NCBI GenBank assembly: GCA_965219455.1
Contig: OZ244744.1
Location: forward strand, 3,008,001-3,072,000
DNA from: Candidatus Latescibacterota bacterium
Lineage (GTDB): Bacteria; Latescibacterota; UBA2968; GCA-2709665
Length of the DNA stretch: 64,000 nt
Direction of reading: 5' to 3'
Below the pieces are notes generated by a model that searched no databases, was not told the origin of the DNA, and saw only the letters and a program-made list of their open reading frames with translations. Below, one piece after another: positions 61,537-64,000 of the stretch; positions within the stretch are counted from its first letter, which is position 1, and the number at the start of each line of letters is the position of its first letter. The translations under genes were made by a program, and so were the position numbers.

Positions 61537-61846
61537 GCCCTGACCCCTGGTGTCCCGTCCCAGAAAGTTGTCACCATTCATCCGTCGGTTCATCCCGTCT
61601 CGCGGCGTTGCCTTCCCTCGCCGACCTTGCGTAGGTCGCCTCACTCAGGCGCTGGTTCCTGAGCCTGTCGAAGGATGCCAGCCGGGCGACTCGGCGGCCG
61701 AATTTAGGCAATCTTTTTCCGGGACAGAACACTAGCCTTCGCTCCTGCCAGAAGACGGGCAGCAATTCTGTTGATTGGCGGGTTATATTCCTTTCCCCGC
61801 CAAGGAGGGAGGAGGCGGGCGCGGGTTCAATACAAAGGAGGCACCC

Positions 61847-62599
61847 ATGATTGAAGCCATCGATCTGACGAAGCGGTACGAAGACGGGATACTGGCCCTG
61901 GACCACCTCAACCTGAAGGTCTCACCGGGAGAAATCTTCTGCTTGCTGGGCGCCAACGGCGCCGGAAAATCCACCGCCATCAACCTGATGCTCAACTTTA
62001 TCGAGCCAACCGAGGGCACGGCCAAAATCAACGCCATCGATGTCACCCGTGAACCCCTGGAAGCCAAGAAGTACGTGGCCTACCTTTCGGAAAACGTCAT
62101 GTTGTACGGCAACTTCACTGCCCGGCAGAACCTGGACTTTTTTGCGGGGCTGGCCGACAAACAAACGGACCGGGATGGCTATTACCGGATCCTGAGACGG
62201 GTGGGCTTGCCCGAAAGAGCCTTCGAGCAGCGGATCAAGGAATTCTCGAAGGGGATGCGCCAGAAGGTGGGCATCGCCATTGTCATAATTCGGGACGCGC
62301 CCGCGGTCATCATGGACGAGCCCACGGCCGGCCTGGACCCGCAGGCGGGCGCGGGATTCCTGGATCTTCTGGAAGAACTGAAAGGCGAAGGCAAGTCGGT
62401 CTTCATGTCCACCCACGACATTTTCCGGGCGCGGACGCTGGCGGACCGCGTGGGCATTATGAAGTCCGGGCGTCTGATTTTTGAGCGCACTCGCCAGGAA
62501 CTGGAAAACGAAGACCTCGAAAAACTCTACCTGGATTACATGTACGGCACAAATGACGGCGGGCAGGAGCGGACCGGAAGCGCGCCTGCCCCAGACTGA
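61847..62599 (+). CDS. ABC transporter ATP-binding protein
   Basis: GANGAGKS, FSKGMRQK, DEPTAGLD, STH. Confidence 0.93.
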   Translation: MIEAIDLTKRYEDGILALDHLNLKVSPGEIFCLLGANGAGKSTAINLMLNFIEPTEGTAKINAIDVTREPLEAKKYVAYLSENVMLYGNFTARQNLDFFAGLADKQTDRDGYYRILRRVGLPERAFEQRIKEFSKGMRQKVGIAIVIIRDAPAVIMDEPTAGLDPQAGAGFLDLLEELKGEGKSVFMSTHDIFRARTLADRVGIMKSGRLIFERTRQELENEDLEKLYLDYMYGTNDGGQERTGSAPAPD

Positions 62600-62606
62600 A
62601 GCCGAA

Positions 62607-62634
62607 GCCCGGGCGACCCATGGGTCGCCCGGGC
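62607..62634. terminator. Perfect 28-bp palindrome after the ABC operon
   Basis: GCCCGGGCGACCCATGGGTCGCCCGGGC. Confidence 0.55.
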
Positions 62635-62682
62635 GAAAACCTGAAACGTGACACATTTTGTGGCTCATCCCCTGGTTTTCCT

Positions 62683-62721
62683 CCCCCTTTCCTTTAGGAG
62701 AGGGGGCCGGGGGGAGAGGTC
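62683..62721 (+). repeat. REP-like G/C-rich repeat, copy 1
   Basis: CCCCCTTTCCTTTAGGAGAGGGGGCCGGGGGGAGAGGTC, identical to 63880..63918. Confidence 0.8.
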
Positions 62722-62928
62722 TCGCTTTTCCTGACTCCAGTCAGCTCATCGCTGATCACTGCTTCCCGCCGTGCGAAAAACCCCTTGTTCCGTCTGACGA
62801 AATCGAATATACTCCCGTTCGCCCTTTCGCCGCCTCATTACCGCTGCGATTCCGCCCCATGTCGCGTGAGGCTCGAGTGCCTCGCCTTCATGCCGCGTGG
62901 TGTCGTGGCGTTCCTGTTTTCTTATCTG

Positions 62929-63717
62929 ATGCAAAACCCACCCATAATTACCGTAGAGAATGCGTGCAAGACCTTTACCGGAGACCGCGGGGAGGTGCAG
63001 GCCCTGGACGGCTTCGATATGGCCGTGCGGGAAGGCCAGTTCGTTTCCATTGTAGGTCCCAGCGGCTGCGGCAAGAGCACCCTGCTGTGGGCGATGGCCG
63101 CGCTCTGGCCGCTTACGGCTGGAAGGATAACCGTTAACGGCCGGGAGGTCCTGGAACCCCGGCGCGAGATCGGCATGGTCTTCCAGACCTCCAACCTGCT
63201 GCCGTGGCGGAACCTGCTGCAGAATATCCGTTTTCCATTTGAAATCATGCGGGAAGATCCCGAACGCTACCGGGACCGCATCGACGAACTGATAGAGATC
63301 ACGGCACTGAAGGGCTTTGAACGTCACTATCCGCGCGAACTCTCGGGCGGCATGCAGCAGCGGGCTTCCATCGTCCGGGCGCTGGCGTACGACCCCGGGG
63401 TTCTGCTGATGGACGAACCCTTCGGCGCTTTGGACGCGTTCACACGGGATGAAATGAATCTGATGCTCCTCAACATCTGGGAACAGTCCCGTAAGACCAT
63501 CGTCTTCGTCACCCATCAGATCCCCGAAGCCGTCTACCTCTCAGACCGGATCTACGTGATGACCCCCCGTCCGGGCAGGAACTCAAAGATCTACGACATC
63601 GATCTGCCACGCCCCCGCCCGTTATCCGTTACGGCCGAAACTCATTTTTTCGAGATCGTCGCGGAAATCAAACAGACCATTTTCCATGACGTACAGAACG
63701 ACACCGCGTCGGCCTGA
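62929..63717 (+). CDS. NitT/TauT-type ABC transporter ATP-binding protein
   Basis: GPSGCGKS, LLPWR, LSGGMQQR, MDEPFGALDAFTR, FVTHQIPEAV, PRPG. Confidence 0.92.
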   Translation: MQNPPIITVENACKTFTGDRGEVQALDGFDMAVREGQFVSIVGPSGCGKSTLLWAMAALWPLTAGRITVNGREVLEPRREIGMVFQTSNLLPWRNLLQNIRFPFEIMREDPERYRDRIDELIEITALKGFERHYPRELSGGMQQRASIVRALAYDPGVLLMDEPFGALDAFTRDEMNLMLLNIWEQSRKTIVFVTHQIPEAVYLSDRIYVMTPRPGRNSKIYDIDLPRPRPLSVTAETHFFEIVAEIKQTIFHDVQNDTASA

Positions 63718-63866
63718 CCAAAGCCGGCCACGTGCAGCGGAGCGCAAGACCTACCCCCTTTCCCCCTTCCTGAAGGAAGGGGAGAACTGTCATTGGTTCA
63801 AGCCAGATTGAACGATAAAGAACCACGCGACATATTGTGATCGCGCGACACTACGGTTCTGCTCCC

Positions 63867-63918
63867 CCTCTCCCCCCGGCCCCCTTTCCTTTAGGAGAGG
63901 GGGCCGGGGGGAGAGGTC
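63867..63918 (+). repeat. REP-like G/C-rich repeat, copy 2 (full hairpin)
   Basis: CCTCTCCCCCCGGCCCCCTTTCCT-TT-AGGAGAGGGGGCCGGGGGGAGAGG. Confidence 0.8.
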
Positions 63919-64000
63919 ACGGCGCTGACGTCAACTGATTGGGTTTTTGATTCAAGCTGACGGCTTATAGCTGATAGCTGTATTTGCTGCTTCTGGACGG

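Noticed and set aside
61650-61680. GGTTCCTGAGCCTGTCGAAGGA REP-like motif
   Set aside because: Single copy in the window with no inverted partner; repeat status cannot be established here.
1-64000. tRNA, rRNA, integrase or prophage genes
   Set aside because: None recognised by eye; a tRNAscan/Infernal run would be needed to exclude small RNAs.

Overview
GC-rich diderm bacterial chromosome segment. The LRR, FN3, PhyH, heparinase and sup-like KS content suggests a sponge/marine symbiont such as Latescibacterota or Gemmatimonadota; this is inference only. In order: (1) the 5' part of a complex I operon on the minus strand (nuoA-CD-E-F-G-H, with no nuoB); (2) a decayed type I R-M/defence island (9.1-17.1 kb) in which hsdM, hsdS and hsdR survive only as stubs around DUF2971, DUF1828, a truncated Zn-hook ATPase, a QueC-TIR fusion, FitAB/VapBC and an M48 peptidase; (3) metabolic genes, an orphan PKS KS fragment, a HEPN-like gene pair and a TonB-dependent receptor; (4) a 1.7-kb element without TIRs, with hairpin ends, inserted at TTAG in a gene whose frame is restored exactly on removal, and encoding a Rep_trans/CRI-like Tyr protein (top candidate for an uncharacterised transposon class); (5) an intact type I R-M with an Rx4H cargo gene and an ADP-ribosylglycohydrolase; (6) trpS plus a catalytically degenerate trpS paralog, each preceded by its own Trp-Trp leader-peptide attenuator; (7) hemB, an LRR/lipoprotein cluster, MITE/REP-like repeats, heparinase II/III, an SSS transporter, HOT, an RPP-like GTPase and ABC transporter genes. 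No rRNA, tRNA or CRISPR array was seen. All family assignments come from motif recognition by eye, not from database searches.
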